Positions 28,955 to 39,100 of a DNA stretch of 64,000 nucleotides are shown here, piece by piece. A program made the translations under genes and the position numbers. The notes below the pieces were generated by a model that was not told where the DNA came from, made no database searches, and saw nothing but the letters and a program-made list of their open reading frames with translations. The stretch is from assembly GCA_009392915.1 (NCBI GenBank), contig CP045477.1:448001-512000 (forward strand), written 5' to 3'. Origin of the DNA: Candidatus Forterrea multitransposorum CG_2015-17_Forterrea_25_41. Lineage in GTDB: Archaea; Iainarchaeota; Iainarchaeia; Iainarchaeales; CSSED10-239. Each line of letters begins with the position of its first letter. Positions within the stretch are counted from its first letter, which is position 1.

Positions 28955-30145
28955 TTATTTTCTTTCTAAAATGTATATGTATCTATTGATTTTTGAATCG
29001 TTTGCAGCTGCATAAAAAATAGGATTTTCAATTGAAATTTGGTTTGTAATTTTTGATGTATCTAAATAATCAAAACCATTATTTAAAAATACAGAATCAG
29101 AGACTTTTAATAATTGATTATCATATGTCTTAAGTTCTGGTAAGATACAAACAATTCTTGTTTTTGGTTTTAAATTACTATAAAGATTTCTAAATAAATC
29201 AGAATAAAGTTTATTTAAAGAATCAACTATACTTTTAGCTCTTAAAAAATTTGGTAATTTAGAGATAAAAGGACCCATGTATGGTTCAAAAACAACTCCG
29301 TCTACAGAAAAATTAAGTTTAGATGAATCACCATGAAGTACAGTAAAATCATTTGTATATTTAAAATAAGAAACAGCCCAGGCTAAATTTTTCTTAGAGC
29401 TTATAACTTTTTCTCTTTCTTTGTCAATTCCTAAAACATTATATCCTTTAGATAAACCTTCTATTAAAAAATTTCCAAAACCACAAAAAGGGTCTAAAAT
29501 TCTTTTTCCTTTTTTAAGACCTAAAATATTTATCATTATTTTAATAAGTCTAAAAGAAGTTGAATATAATTTTTCTTGTTCAGGTCTTAAAGTATCTTTT
29601 TTAATTATATCTTTAGGAGAATAACAAACAACTGCATATCCTAAATAATATTTATTATCAACTTTTGTAAAAAAGATTTCAAAACCTTTATCTAAAGAAT
29701 AAGAAAAATAATTATTAGGATTAATAATTGTGTTTTCTTTTTTATCTTTAAACTTTTTTGCTTTTTTTAAAACACCTTTAACTTTCTCTAGTTTAAATTG
29801 TTCTTTAAAAGATTGTTTTAAAAAATCAAGATCATCTTGAGAAATAAATTTATGTGAGATTCCATAATTAAATTTATTTGAATAATCTTTATCAAAAAAA
29901 TTTAAAAAATCACTAGATAGTTTATTAGAACTATAAAAGACTTTATAGATCCTTGTAGTTCCACCTAAATCATCTATGATTTTTGAAAAATCTACTTTTT
30001 GTTTAAAATCAAAAATAGCATAAGTATCTGTACTTGTAATATAAGAAAAGGAAATATTATTTAGTTTAAAATAAGAAAATACCTCAAGTATTGATAATTT
30101 ATAATCCCTTCCAAATAAAAATAAGTACATATATTTCAAACACAA
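28955..30145 (-). CDS. THUMP-domain tRNA (guanine-N2)-methyltransferase, Trm11-like
   Basis: N-terminus MYLFLFGRDYKLSILEV resembles the Trm11 N-terminus. MTase motif I ILDPFCGFGNFLIEG. Confidence 0.5.
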   Translation of the reverse strand: MCLKYMYLFLFGRDYKLSILEVFSYFKLNNISFSYITSTDTYAIFDFKQKVDFSKIIDDLGGTTRIYKVFYSSNKLSSDFLNFFDKDYSNKFNYGISHKFISQDDLDFLKQSFKEQFKLEKVKGVLKKAKKFKDKKENTIINPNNYFSYSLDKGFEIFFTKVDNKYYLGYAVVCYSPKDIIKKDTLRPEQEKLYSTSFRLIKIMINILGLKKGKRILDPFCGFGNFLIEGLSKGYNVLGIDKEREKVISSKKNLAWAVSYFKYTNDFTVLHGDSSKLNFSVDGVVFEPYMGPFISKLPNFLRAKSIVDSLNKLYSDLFRNLYSNLKPKTRIVCILPELKTYDNQLLKVSDSVFLNNGFDYLDTSKITNQISIENPIFYAAANDSKINRYIYILERK

Positions 30146-30190
30146 TTGTTTTTATTTTTTTTAAAAAAATGAAAAAATAAAAGAAGAAAA

Positions 30191-30919
30191 TTACTTCTTC
30201 TTTTTATCATCTTTTTTAGCAGCAGGAGCAGCTTTACCAGCTGGAGCTTTTGAATCTTTACCAGCAACAACTTTACCTTTTGCAGCTTTAAGTTCTTGAG
30301 CTTTTGCTTCTTCTGCTTTCTTTTCTTCTTCTGCCATAGCAGCAAGTTTTCTTCTCTTCTTTGTAGTTCCAACAGATTTTAAGTTGTCTTTATTTTCTTC
30401 AATTACAACTTTCATTCTACAAGGAAGTTTAGAATCAAGTCTTTCAAAGACTTTTTTTACAAATTCAACATTTGCTTCATCAACTAAAACACTAAATAAT
30501 TTTTGATTAGATTTAACTCTTGCAGCAACACCAACAACTTTTCCAAAAGGGCATTGACTCATACCTTGTTGAATTCTGTCGGCTTTAGCACCTTGAGCTT
30601 GTTTATTTTCTCTTAAGAAAAATTGAGGATATACTCTTAATTTCATATAGAAATTTTGAGCAGTTAATTTTTTATTTAAGTTTCTTACAACAGTTGTTCT
30701 TACAGATTCTAAAGCTGAATCTCTAATTTGTATTTTTTCAGAAGTTACATAATGAACTACATGAGAATATTGTTTTTCTCCAAAACCCATATGGTATTGT
30801 CTAACTTTAATACCTGGAGTTCCGCCTACATAGTTCTTTCTATGCACTCTTTTTGCAACTCTTGTATATGCTCTTTTATTTACTTTTGGATTATAACAAT
30901 GTCCTGGTCTAACACCCAT
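30191..30919 (-). CDS. rpl10e: ribosomal protein uL16 (L10e) with a roughly 70-aa K/A/E-rich C-terminal extension
   Basis: MGVRPGHCYNPKVNKRAYTRVAKR... is the eukaryote/archaea-type L10e N-terminus. C-terminal tail KKRRKLAAMAEEEKKAEEAKAQELKAAKGK...KKDDKKKK. Confidence 0.8.
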   Translation of the reverse strand: MGVRPGHCYNPKVNKRAYTRVAKRVHRKNYVGGTPGIKVRQYHMGFGEKQYSHVVHYVTSEKIQIRDSALESVRTTVVRNLNKKLTAQNFYMKLRVYPQFFLRENKQAQGAKADRIQQGMSQCPFGKVVGVAARVKSNQKLFSVLVDEANVEFVKKVFERLDSKLPCRMKVVIEENKDNLKSVGTTKKRRKLAAMAEEEKKAEEAKAQELKAAKGKVVAGKDSKAPAGKAAPAAKKDDKKKK

Positions 30920-31080
30920 AAATACTCACCTATAATTTTAAATTTTTTTATAAATTAACTCCTTTATTTTAAAGTTTTACTTAGTAACAAAGAAATTGTC
31001 TAATATAATATATATATAGAAAAGTATATAAAGTAATATTTTAGAAGTAAAAATAAGATTAAAACTTAATTAAATTGAAA

Positions 31081-31145
31081 GTAAGAACAGGGATCTGTTA
31101 TATAGGATAACAGTGTGCTCTTACCTTCTTCTTTCTGCCTTTTTT
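31081..31145. other. imperfect 45-nt hairpin followed by a T-tract in a 370-nt intergenic region (terminator or small RNA candidate)
   Basis: GTAAGAACAGGGATCTGTTATAT-AGG-ATAACAGTGTGCTCTTAC forms nested inverted repeats. It is followed by cttcttctttctgcctttttttt. Confidence 0.25.
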
Positions 31146-31290
31146 TTCTATTTGTGAAATTAGGTAATAGATTACCGTAAATATTATTGATAAAACTCTT
31201 TTTATAGGTATGGGGGTTGTAAAAAAAAACTAAAATAAGAAAAAAGTTTAGAAAACTAAACTCTTTTATGTTGAAGATAAATTAATAAAA

Positions 31291-33081
31291 TCATCCATAA
31301 GTAGTTGCTTTAATACTTTTAACTACACCACTTACAAGAACCCAGCCACCCCATTGACCAGTATTTCTGGATGAATTGGTTACAGATAAAGTCCAACCAG
31401 GTTCACTGTCACCAACTTCCCAATATTTACATTTTTTAGAAGAACCAAAAGCTTCTACTTTAATATTATAATTACCAGCAGGAACTTTCCAAGATCCATC
31501 TTTATCAGTTGCAAGTTGTGAACCACCATATTTAAGATATAAACCATCATTTCCATAATCATTAGTTATTGAACAAACATATGAAGCACTTGTTGAAGAA
31601 TAATTAAAAGTGAGACCTGCTTGAGAAGTATCATTTTCAGAAGCTAAACTAACTACTCCTTCTAAAACTAAATTACCTTGTGTACTTAAACCCTGGTAAA
31701 AGAAACCTGCAGAAGACCAAAATTCATTTAATTTAACACCACCACCTGAGAACGCAGGCTGAGCTACAACTGTACCACCTGATTGCGACCAACCAGACAA
31801 ACTAGTAATACTAGTTTGATTTAATAAAACTACAGCAGGAGCTGATAGAACAAGATTAATACTTGAACTTGTTGCTGTTCTTGAAGCACCATCTGTTACA
31901 GTTACTCTAATATATTTTGTACCAGTAGTTGAAAATGAATAAGTTGGATTTGAAACTGAAGTTCCAAAAACAATCCAAGTACTTTGATTTGTACTATATT
32001 CCCAGGAATAATTAGATACTCCAGAAACTGCATTACTTACAGAAGAATTAAAACTTATTGTTTGACCAGTATCATAATTTGTACCAGTTGTTGGAGAAGT
32101 AACACTTACAGCTAAAGGATCACTAATTAAAATATTACTAACAGTATCAGAATAAACTTGATTAATAGGAGAAGGTCTTGAAGCATCTGTAACTAAAACT
32201 CTAAACTCATAAGTCCCACCTGTTGCAAAACCATTTGTTGTAGTATAACTATTAGAACCAAAGTTAGTCCAACCAGTACTGTTTCTATTATACTGCCATT
32301 GATAAGATTTAGTACCAATTGCATTTGAAACACCTACATCAAATATTATTCCTTCACTAAGATTATAAACATCACTTGCATCAGGAGTATAAATAGTTGC
32401 TGTTAATGGAAGAACAACTGTAAAATCTTCACTTGAAGTTGAAATATCTCCAGTTCCAGAATCTGTTACTTTATAATAAATAGTATAGCTTCCTGTTGAA
32501 GATAAAGTTTGAGATAAAGAAGCACAATTAGTACCAACTGCAGTATTAGTATCATTTGAGTTTAATATCCATTCACAAGAAACTGTTGAAACATTATTAT
32601 CATAATTTCCAGTAAATGAAATTGTTTCATTATTATTCCAAGTAGTTCTTGACATTGTAATACTTGAAGATAACAAATCTAAAATATTTATTCCAATTGT
32701 TTGAGAATCACTTGAAGAATCAAAATCATCTAAAGTATCTAATTTAATTGAATAATCATTAAATACTGAAAAAGAATAACTTGTATTACAATCAGTACTA
32801 AAAGATGTAAATGATGGTAAGTCAGCTCTCTTATGACTCCAATTACAAGTTACATTTCCAACATTATTACTATATGAAGAATTAAAATTAATTGTTTTTG
32901 TAACATTATAATTTGATTCTTCTGTTGGATTTAATATTGTTGATGAAAAATCATCAAAAATTTCAACAAATAAATCATCACTAAAAGTTCCTTCATCATC
33001 ATTTGCAATTACTAAAATTTCATAAATTCCAGGAGTTGTAAAAGTATAAGAAATATCACACAAGGTATCTGAAGGATTCAT
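31291..33081 (-). CDS. Ser/Thr-rich PKD/Ig-like repeat adhesin region; probably the C-terminal part of a giant pilin-like protein, in frame with ORF 33220..33744 across a single TAA
   Basis: No signal peptide of its own. Repeated V[ST]C[EN]W...C...Y.F...G.Y modules. The same module spans the annotated ATG, since the 46 codons upstream (…RGSVSCEWYHTIAGGSQVR-M-NPSDTL…) are domain-like and sense-coding up to the TAA at 33220..33222. Confidence 0.55.
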   Translation of the reverse strand: MNPSDTLCDISYTFTTPGIYEILVIANDDEGTFSDDLFVEIFDDFSSTILNPTEESNYNVTKTINFNSSYSNNVGNVTCNWSHKRADLPSFTSFSTDCNTSYSFSVFNDYSIKLDTLDDFDSSSDSQTIGINILDLLSSSITMSRTTWNNNETISFTGNYDNNVSTVSCEWILNSNDTNTAVGTNCASLSQTLSSTGSYTIYYKVTDSGTGDISTSSEDFTVVLPLTATIYTPDASDVYNLSEGIIFDVGVSNAIGTKSYQWQYNRNSTGWTNFGSNSYTTTNGFATGGTYEFRVLVTDASRPSPINQVYSDTVSNILISDPLAVSVTSPTTGTNYDTGQTISFNSSVSNAVSGVSNYSWEYSTNQSTWIVFGTSVSNPTYSFSTTGTKYIRVTVTDGASRTATSSSINLVLSAPAVVLLNQTSITSLSGWSQSGGTVVAQPAFSGGGVKLNEFWSSAGFFYQGLSTQGNLVLEGVVSLASENDTSQAGLTFNYSSTSASYVCSITNDYGNDGLYLKYGGSQLATDKDGSWKVPAGNYNIKVEAFGSSKKCKYWEVGDSEPGWTLSVTNSSRNTGQWGGWVLVSGVVKSIKATTYG

Positions 33082-33219
33082 TCTTACTTGTGATCCACCT
33101 GCAATTGTATGATACCATTCACAAGAAACACTTCCTCTTTGATAAAGTGTATCAGTTTCAAAAGAAACAGAAGTGTTTACTCTGAATGAATCAAAATTTG
33201 TAACATTTGAAAAGAAAAT

Positions 33220-33744
33220 TTAAGAAGATGGAAGTTCTACAGCACATTTTCTTAAATCAATTGTTTTTTTAGGACAAGTAGAGTTTGATAAAGTAAAAAC
33301 CTTTAAATCTAAAGGATCAATTATTTCTCCAGAATCAACATTAATATCAGAATTTACAATTGTAAAATCAGTTGTTGATTTTAATTTTTTAATTTCTCCA
33401 GATAAAATAGGATTATCAAAATTACCATACATTTTTAGAACATTTGAAGAATTTTGAGAAGTTCCTTGAATATTTAAAGAAAGATTATAAAAATCAATAG
33501 GGGTTGGGTTTCTTAATAAAACTTCAATATTTCCAGTAGTTGAATCAAGATTACAAGATTCTACAACTAAATTATACTTAATACAATCCATTCTAGAAAC
33601 TTCTTGTAATTGATCTTGTGAAACATCTAATTTTTCTCTAACAGATGTTTTTGACCAAGATAAAAATCCTGCAACTAAAACAGCTGTTACCAAGATTAAT
33701 AAAACTACAGAAATTATTGCCGAAATTGATTTTTTTCTATTCAT
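33220..33744 (-). CDS. archaeal type IV pilin-like protein with a class III signal peptide (N-terminal part of the interrupted adhesin gene)
   Basis: MNRKKS|ISAIISVVLLILVTAVLVAGFL: basic residues, a small residue at -1, then a hydrophobic helix, typical of a PibD/FlaK substrate. Shares its reading frame with the downstream 596-aa ORF. Confidence 0.55.
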   Translation of the reverse strand: MNRKKSISAIISVVLLILVTAVLVAGFLSWSKTSVREKLDVSQDQLQEVSRMDCIKYNLVVESCNLDSTTGNIEVLLRNPTPIDFYNLSLNIQGTSQNSSNVLKMYGNFDNPILSGEIKKLKSTTDFTIVNSDINVDSGEIIDPLDLKVFTLSNSTCPKKTIDLRKCAVELPSS

Positions 33745-33830
33745 AAATATCTTTTTTAAAATATAATATAATTATAGATATTATAGAAACTATTTTAAAG
33801 GTATCTTTATTCTTTTAAAAAAATAAATAT

Positions 33831-34172
33831 TTAAAAAGAAATAATATCATTTATTTTTATAAAAGAAATATCTGTTTCAATTGGAAGTTCAATTATATAT
33901 TTAGCTTTCTTTTTTGGAGAATAAAAAGTAAAAGGTCTTAATCTTTTTTTAATATCAATAACTTTTTTATTTGAATCTAGAAAAAGAACATTTATTGAAT
34001 AGAAAACAAAAAGCATATGAATTGAAGAGCCTACAATAGATTCATATTCTCTTTTAAAAATAAGACCAAAATCAAATTTCTTTCTTGGAAAAAACATAAG
34101 TCCAAGTCCTTGTTTTAAAGGAGAAATTATTTTCTTTTTTTTAATTATTATTTTATTATTAACTTTTATCAA
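33831..34172 (-). CDS. DUF192 (COG1430)-like small protein
   Basis: GLGLMFFPRKKFDFGLIF...SIHMLFV pattern typical of the DUF192 family. Sits inside the pilus-like locus. Confidence 0.45.
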   Translation of the reverse strand: MIKVNNKIIIKKKKIISPLKQGLGLMFFPRKKFDFGLIFKREYESIVGSSIHMLFVFYSINVLFLDSNKKVIDIKKRLRPFTFYSPKKKAKYIIELPIETDISFIKINDIISF

Positions 34173-34178
34173 AAATAA

Positions 34179-35330
34179 TCACACTTTTTTTTTTAAACTT
34201 ACCCTATATAAAATAACAAAATCAATATCAGATTTTCTAATCTCAAAATCAAAAAATACAGCATCTGGTACAAAAATAGCATACTCTGCACAAGAAAGAC
34301 CACATTCACTTTGATCAAAAGGTAAAAAATATAGATTATTACTATATGTTTTATCTAGAATATATTTAGAACTAATAGATTTTAAAGCAATGACTTCAGA
34401 AATATTTACTTGTTCTAGCTGATTACGATTCATATAGGTAATAGTGTCAATTAAAACACTCTCAGCATCTGGTTTTGGAACAGCAATTTGAAAGATTAAA
34501 ATTGTAAATATAAAAAATATGAAAATATATTTGATAAAATTAAAACTACTTTCTTCTTTTATTGCAAACATTATAAAAGAAATAAAGATAGAAAGAACAA
34601 TTGCCATATAAAGAAGGAAATTATCAAAAAATATTCTTGTTATTAAATCTTGATCTGCATACCATAAAAAATTATTACCTAGTATAATATTTATGAATAA
34701 AATTACAACTAAAAAGATTACAAATAAAACAATGGATAAATAATATAAATTTAAAAAATATTTTTTCTTTTGTGTTTCTTCTTTAAAAATAGAAATATCT
34801 TTTGAAATATTTAAAAGAACTCTATCAAGAGGTATAGAACTTTCTTTAAAAGTCTTTAACAATATTAAAGTGTGAGTGATTATTGGACTTTTAATAGTCT
34901 CATTAATACCTGATAAAGCATTTTCAAAATCATCTCCCCAAGAAACTCTATTTGCTATTCTTTTTATTTCTGTATCAATTGAACCATAAACATTTGATGT
35001 TGTGATATTGTTTAATGATATTGATAAATTATTTGTAGATTTATACTCTCTCGATAAATCTTGTAAAAAGAATGTAAAAGAAGTTTCAATTGCTTTCTTT
35101 TTAAAGTGTTTTAAAACATATTCTAAAACAAAACCTAAAAAACTTACGAAAAAACCAAAAAAGAAAACTGCATAGTATAATTCAGTATGAAGAAAATATT
35201 TATTTGATAAATGAACAATTAAAAGACCAGATAAAATACTTGCAAGAATTAATATTTGGTATTCATAATTATAAATTAATAGTTTTAATTTAATATTCAT
35301 TTTATCTAAAAATTTATTTTTTTCTATCAT
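34179..35330 (-). CDS. T2SSF-domain (TadC/FlaJ-like) membrane platform protein
   Basis: N-terminal TMs, a cytoplasmic helical segment ETSFTFFLQDLSREYKSTNNLSISL and C-terminal TMs. Confidence 0.45.
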   Translation of the reverse strand: MIEKNKFLDKMNIKLKLLIYNYEYQILILASILSGLLIVHLSNKYFLHTELYYAVFFFGFFVSFLGFVLEYVLKHFKKKAIETSFTFFLQDLSREYKSTNNLSISLNNITTSNVYGSIDTEIKRIANRVSWGDDFENALSGINETIKSPIITHTLILLKTFKESSIPLDRVLLNISKDISIFKEETQKKKYFLNLYYLSIVLFVIFLVVILFINIILGNNFLWYADQDLITRIFFDNFLLYMAIVLSIFISFIMFAIKEESSFNFIKYIFIFFIFTILIFQIAVPKPDAESVLIDTITYMNRNQLEQVNISEVIALKSISSKYILDKTYSNNLYFLPFDQSECGLSCAEYAIFVPDAVFFDFEIRKSDIDFVILYRVSLKKKV

Positions 35331-35346
35331 TTAAAAATCAATCTCT

Positions 35347-36189
35347 TCATTTATATAAAATCCCAATTAATACAAATTCAATTACTGCAAATATTATTGA
35401 AAAAATCAACAATGATTCTTTTAATAAAAAATAATCTGTAAAAGTTATAAAAAATATTATTAAAATAACAATAAAAAAGAAAAATAAAAATATTGACATT
35501 AAAAATAAAATATTAATTCTACTTTTCTTTTGTTCACTTAACTCTCTTTTAGATTGTTCTAAATTAGTTAAGAAATCAAGAATAACTTGATTTAAGTCTT
35601 CTTTTTGATCAATAACTTCAATTAATTTTCTAAAGAAGTTTTTTTCAACTTCAGAATATGTTTCAGAAATTATTGATTTAAAAGTATCTTTAAGATTATG
35701 ATTTCTTTTATTTAAAGCAATTATTTTCTTTGCTTCTCTGCTTAATATATCATTATTTTCTAAGTTTTCAAAAACATTCAATACATCTTTAATAGTTAGA
35801 TTTTCATCTCTTAAAACAGATAAATGTTTTATAGATCTTTGAAATTCACTACCAATTTCTTTTTTTATATTATTTAAAATAAAAAAAGGATATTTAAATA
35901 AAAGTAAAAAAATCATAAAAGCAAAAGTAAAAGAAATAAAAATAGTTATAAAAAAACTAAAAAGATTAAACAATATTCCAAGTCTAATCATTAAATAAAT
36001 AAAAGCAAACTCTATAACTATTAAAAAAAATATAGAAATAAAAGAAATATTTGAAATATAACTAATAGAATCTTCATTGATACCAGTATATTCTAAAACT
36101 CTATCAAAATTTTTAAAAGTACCTTTAAATTGCATAACAATATCTTTTAAGAAAAATAAAGATATACTTGTTAAGAATTTACTAAACAT
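35347..36189 (-). CDS. T2SSF-domain (TadB/FlaJ-like) membrane platform protein
   Basis: TM pair, a roughly 120-aa cytoplasmic helical domain and C-terminal TMs. Immediately downstream of the FlaI-like pseudo-ATPase. Confidence 0.45.
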   Translation of the reverse strand: MFSKFLTSISLFFLKDIVMQFKGTFKNFDRVLEYTGINEDSISYISNISFISIFFLIVIEFAFIYLMIRLGILFNLFSFFITIFISFTFAFMIFLLLFKYPFFILNNIKKEIGSEFQRSIKHLSVLRDENLTIKDVLNVFENLENNDILSREAKKIIALNKRNHNLKDTFKSIISETYSEVEKNFFRKLIEVIDQKEDLNQVILDFLTNLEQSKRELSEQKKSRINILFLMSIFLFFFFIVILIIFFITFTDYFLLKESLLIFSIIFAVIEFVLIGILYK

Positions 36190-36196
36190 ATTTTTT

Positions 36197-39100
36197 TCAC
36201 TTTATATCGAGTCTTTTAAACAACTCGTCCTTTTCATAATTATATTGAGAGATAATACTATTAAAATCTTTGTAATTGTATACTTTTGAATCCTTCATCC
36301 ATCTCATAAGTTTCTTTTTCTTTAAAAAATCAACAACATTTATTGAAGAAGATAAAAGATTAATATTGTATTTATTTTCGGATATTTCTAAATCTACAAC
36401 TACACTTTCATTTTTATTAATTATTTCTTTAATATTTACAATTTGATAAGTTTCTTTAAAACCTTGTTTAATTCTTTTAATTTCTATTAGAATAGATTTT
36501 TGATTAACCATTTTTAATTGTTCAATAAATTTATCAGCAACATTTGGTTTTATTGAAAAGATATTTAAGTTATACCAAGAAACATCAAAAATATCTTCTC
36601 CAAACTCATCAATTGCAATAATATCTGGTTTCTGAGAAATTGTTTGTTCAATAATTAAACGTTTACTTAAATCTGCATTATTTGTAAAAATTCTATTAAT
36701 CCATTCTTTTTGAGGAAGTTTAAATCTATCGTATGCCTGAACAGTTATAATTTTCTGATCAGGATAAAATAAAAGTATAGAATTATAAATTACAAAAGAA
36801 TCATCAACATCATGTAAAATAACTTTATAGTTTTCTGAAATTGCAGACCAGATATATGAAAATACATCTACAGAACCAATAGATGTATTAACTAAAGCAA
36901 CAGGTGTTAATGGTTCATCAAGATATTTTTTAATTACAAAAGAAGAACCTTTACTACTAGTATCTCCTAAAGAATAAAGACCTTCAACTTTATAACCATT
37001 AGGTAAATATCCATCAATCACAGGATGTTCTGGAGTTATATAGATACCCATATTTTTAGTTAAAATAGTTACAAAGTTATTTAACTCAATAATATCTTTA
37101 AAACTAATATTTGTTTTTAAAACACCATACTCTACATGGTAAACTATAAGATTTGATTTTTCACCAGAACAACTAACTTCAATTATTTTTTTATCAAGTA
37201 AAAGATTAGTTAAAATACCTAACCCAAAAAATTCTCTTTGAATAAATTTAAGATAAAGTTTTTGTTGTAATTTACCTAAACTATAAGATAATTTTTCAAC
37301 AGAAATATCAAATATTTTTTGAATATATTTATCAAGACTATGTTTATCTCCATTAAAAGAATAATAGTTTTTATCGATTGTATTAAAAAATACTTTTTTT
37401 AATTGAATATATTCTTTTTCTTGTTCACTATTAAGTTCTGGTTGTACTAAATTATAGAAAAGACCTTTAGTATTATCATAATGTATTGTAACATATGTAA
37501 AATCATCTATAGAATATTTATCAAAAATATTTTTTATATTTTCTTCAAATGAAGCAATAGGATCTTGATACACTAAAGAAGAAAATAGAGAATTGTCAGA
37601 AGATAATTTTTCTTGATATATTTCTTTATTTATTTTAACAGGATTTTTTCCAGCATCTTTTGGAAGGATATAATCCATACCTTTTTCTCTTAAGTCTTTA
37701 AATTTTTCTGCAATTAAATCATTTTTAACTTTCGGAGTTAATTTTACTTCTTTGATAATTTTAATTTCTTGTTCTTTTGGTAATGATTCTTTTTTAATTG
37801 TTTTAGATATTTTTTCATCATCATTATCTTCATCAGAATAATTCTCTTTTGAAGTAACTTTTTCTTCTCTTATAGAAGGAGAAATATATTTTTTATTTTT
37901 GTTTGAAATTTTAGATTTATCTTTTTTATTTTTAGGAGAAGAAATTTCTCTCATACCTTTATATATTCTTTCATCATCTTCTTTAGATAAATCAACATCA
38001 GAAAATACTTTTTTAACATCTTCTTCATCTTTATCTATTTTCTCATTTAAAACATTAACATCAAATTTTTCTTTTTCTTTTTCTTCTAAAGTTTTTGATT
38101 TTTTTAATTTAGAAATATTATTTTCAATTTCAGAATTTAATTTTACTTGATTATTATCAATTACAAAATTTGGTGTTTTTTCAGAAGATTCATTTGTTTT
38201 AATTTCAGAAGATAAAGAAGAATCTTCATTTAAAACTTTTAAATCATTTTTTGAATCTTTATCATATACAGAAAACTTATCTTCAACAGTGTTAGATAAA
38301 TCTTTAACATCATCTTCAATTGCAAAAATATCTGGAACTTCAATTTCTTCAAATAAACCATTAGCCTCACCTAAAGAAGAATTATTTAAATGAGAACTAG
38401 AATTTTTAGAATCTATTTCTAAATTACCTGTGTTTTTAGGAAAATCATTTGAATTTGCTAAAGTTTCTTTATTTTGAGAATCTTTATTTTTATTTACAGA
38501 TAAATGATCTATTTTTGAATATAAATTTTTAACATCATACTTTGGAAAATCAATTTTACTTTTTTTAGGTTTATCATCTAAAAAAGAAAATGATTCTAAA
38601 TAAACTTCTTGATCAAGTTTACTTGCTTTTTTATTTAATTGATCTAATAAATCATCTACATTTTCATTTTTTGATTTTACTTCTGAAAAAATATCATTTG
38701 ATTCTTTACTTTCAGAATATTCTTTTGGTTTAGATACATTTTCTAAAATATCTTTCAAAAGAGACATGGTTTTTTTATTATTATTTGATTCATCAAAATT
38801 TATTTCTTTTTTAATTGAATTATCAATATGATCTATTTTAGGCTCACTTATTAAAAATGAATTTGAAGGTTTTATTTTTTTTTCAGAAGATGAATCCGAA
38901 AGTAGTAGTTCATGAGATGAATCAGGGAGTAATAATTCATTATTAATTTTTGATGAAATTAATTTATTAGATGTTGATTTTTTATCAACTTTATCTAAAG
39001 GAACTTCTTTTTTAAAAATATTAGAATTATCAACCTTATCTAAAGGAACTTCTTTTTTAGAAATATTAGAATTATCAACTTTATCTAAAGGAACTTCTTT

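Noticed and set aside
27892-30958. ORFs 27892..28155(+), 29421..29624(+), 30136..30372(-) and 30728..30958(+)
   Set aside because: They overlap the membrane protein, Trm11-like and uL16 genes in other frames or strands. The 30136..30372 ORF is a frame artefact of the Lys-codon-rich uL16 tail.
31291-33744. Alternative genetic code (TAA reassigned) as the explanation for the in-frame stop
   Set aside because: All other long genes in the window (UvrA 940 aa, SMC 1082 aa, the P-type ATPase and others) terminate sensibly with the standard code, and TAA is used as a stop elsewhere. A local event such as a mutation, an error or readthrough is more parsimonious.
36077-38150. ORFs 36077..36289(+) and 37899..38150(+)
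   Set aside because: Antisense to the T2SSF-like gene and the pseudo-ATPase gene. Low-complexity.
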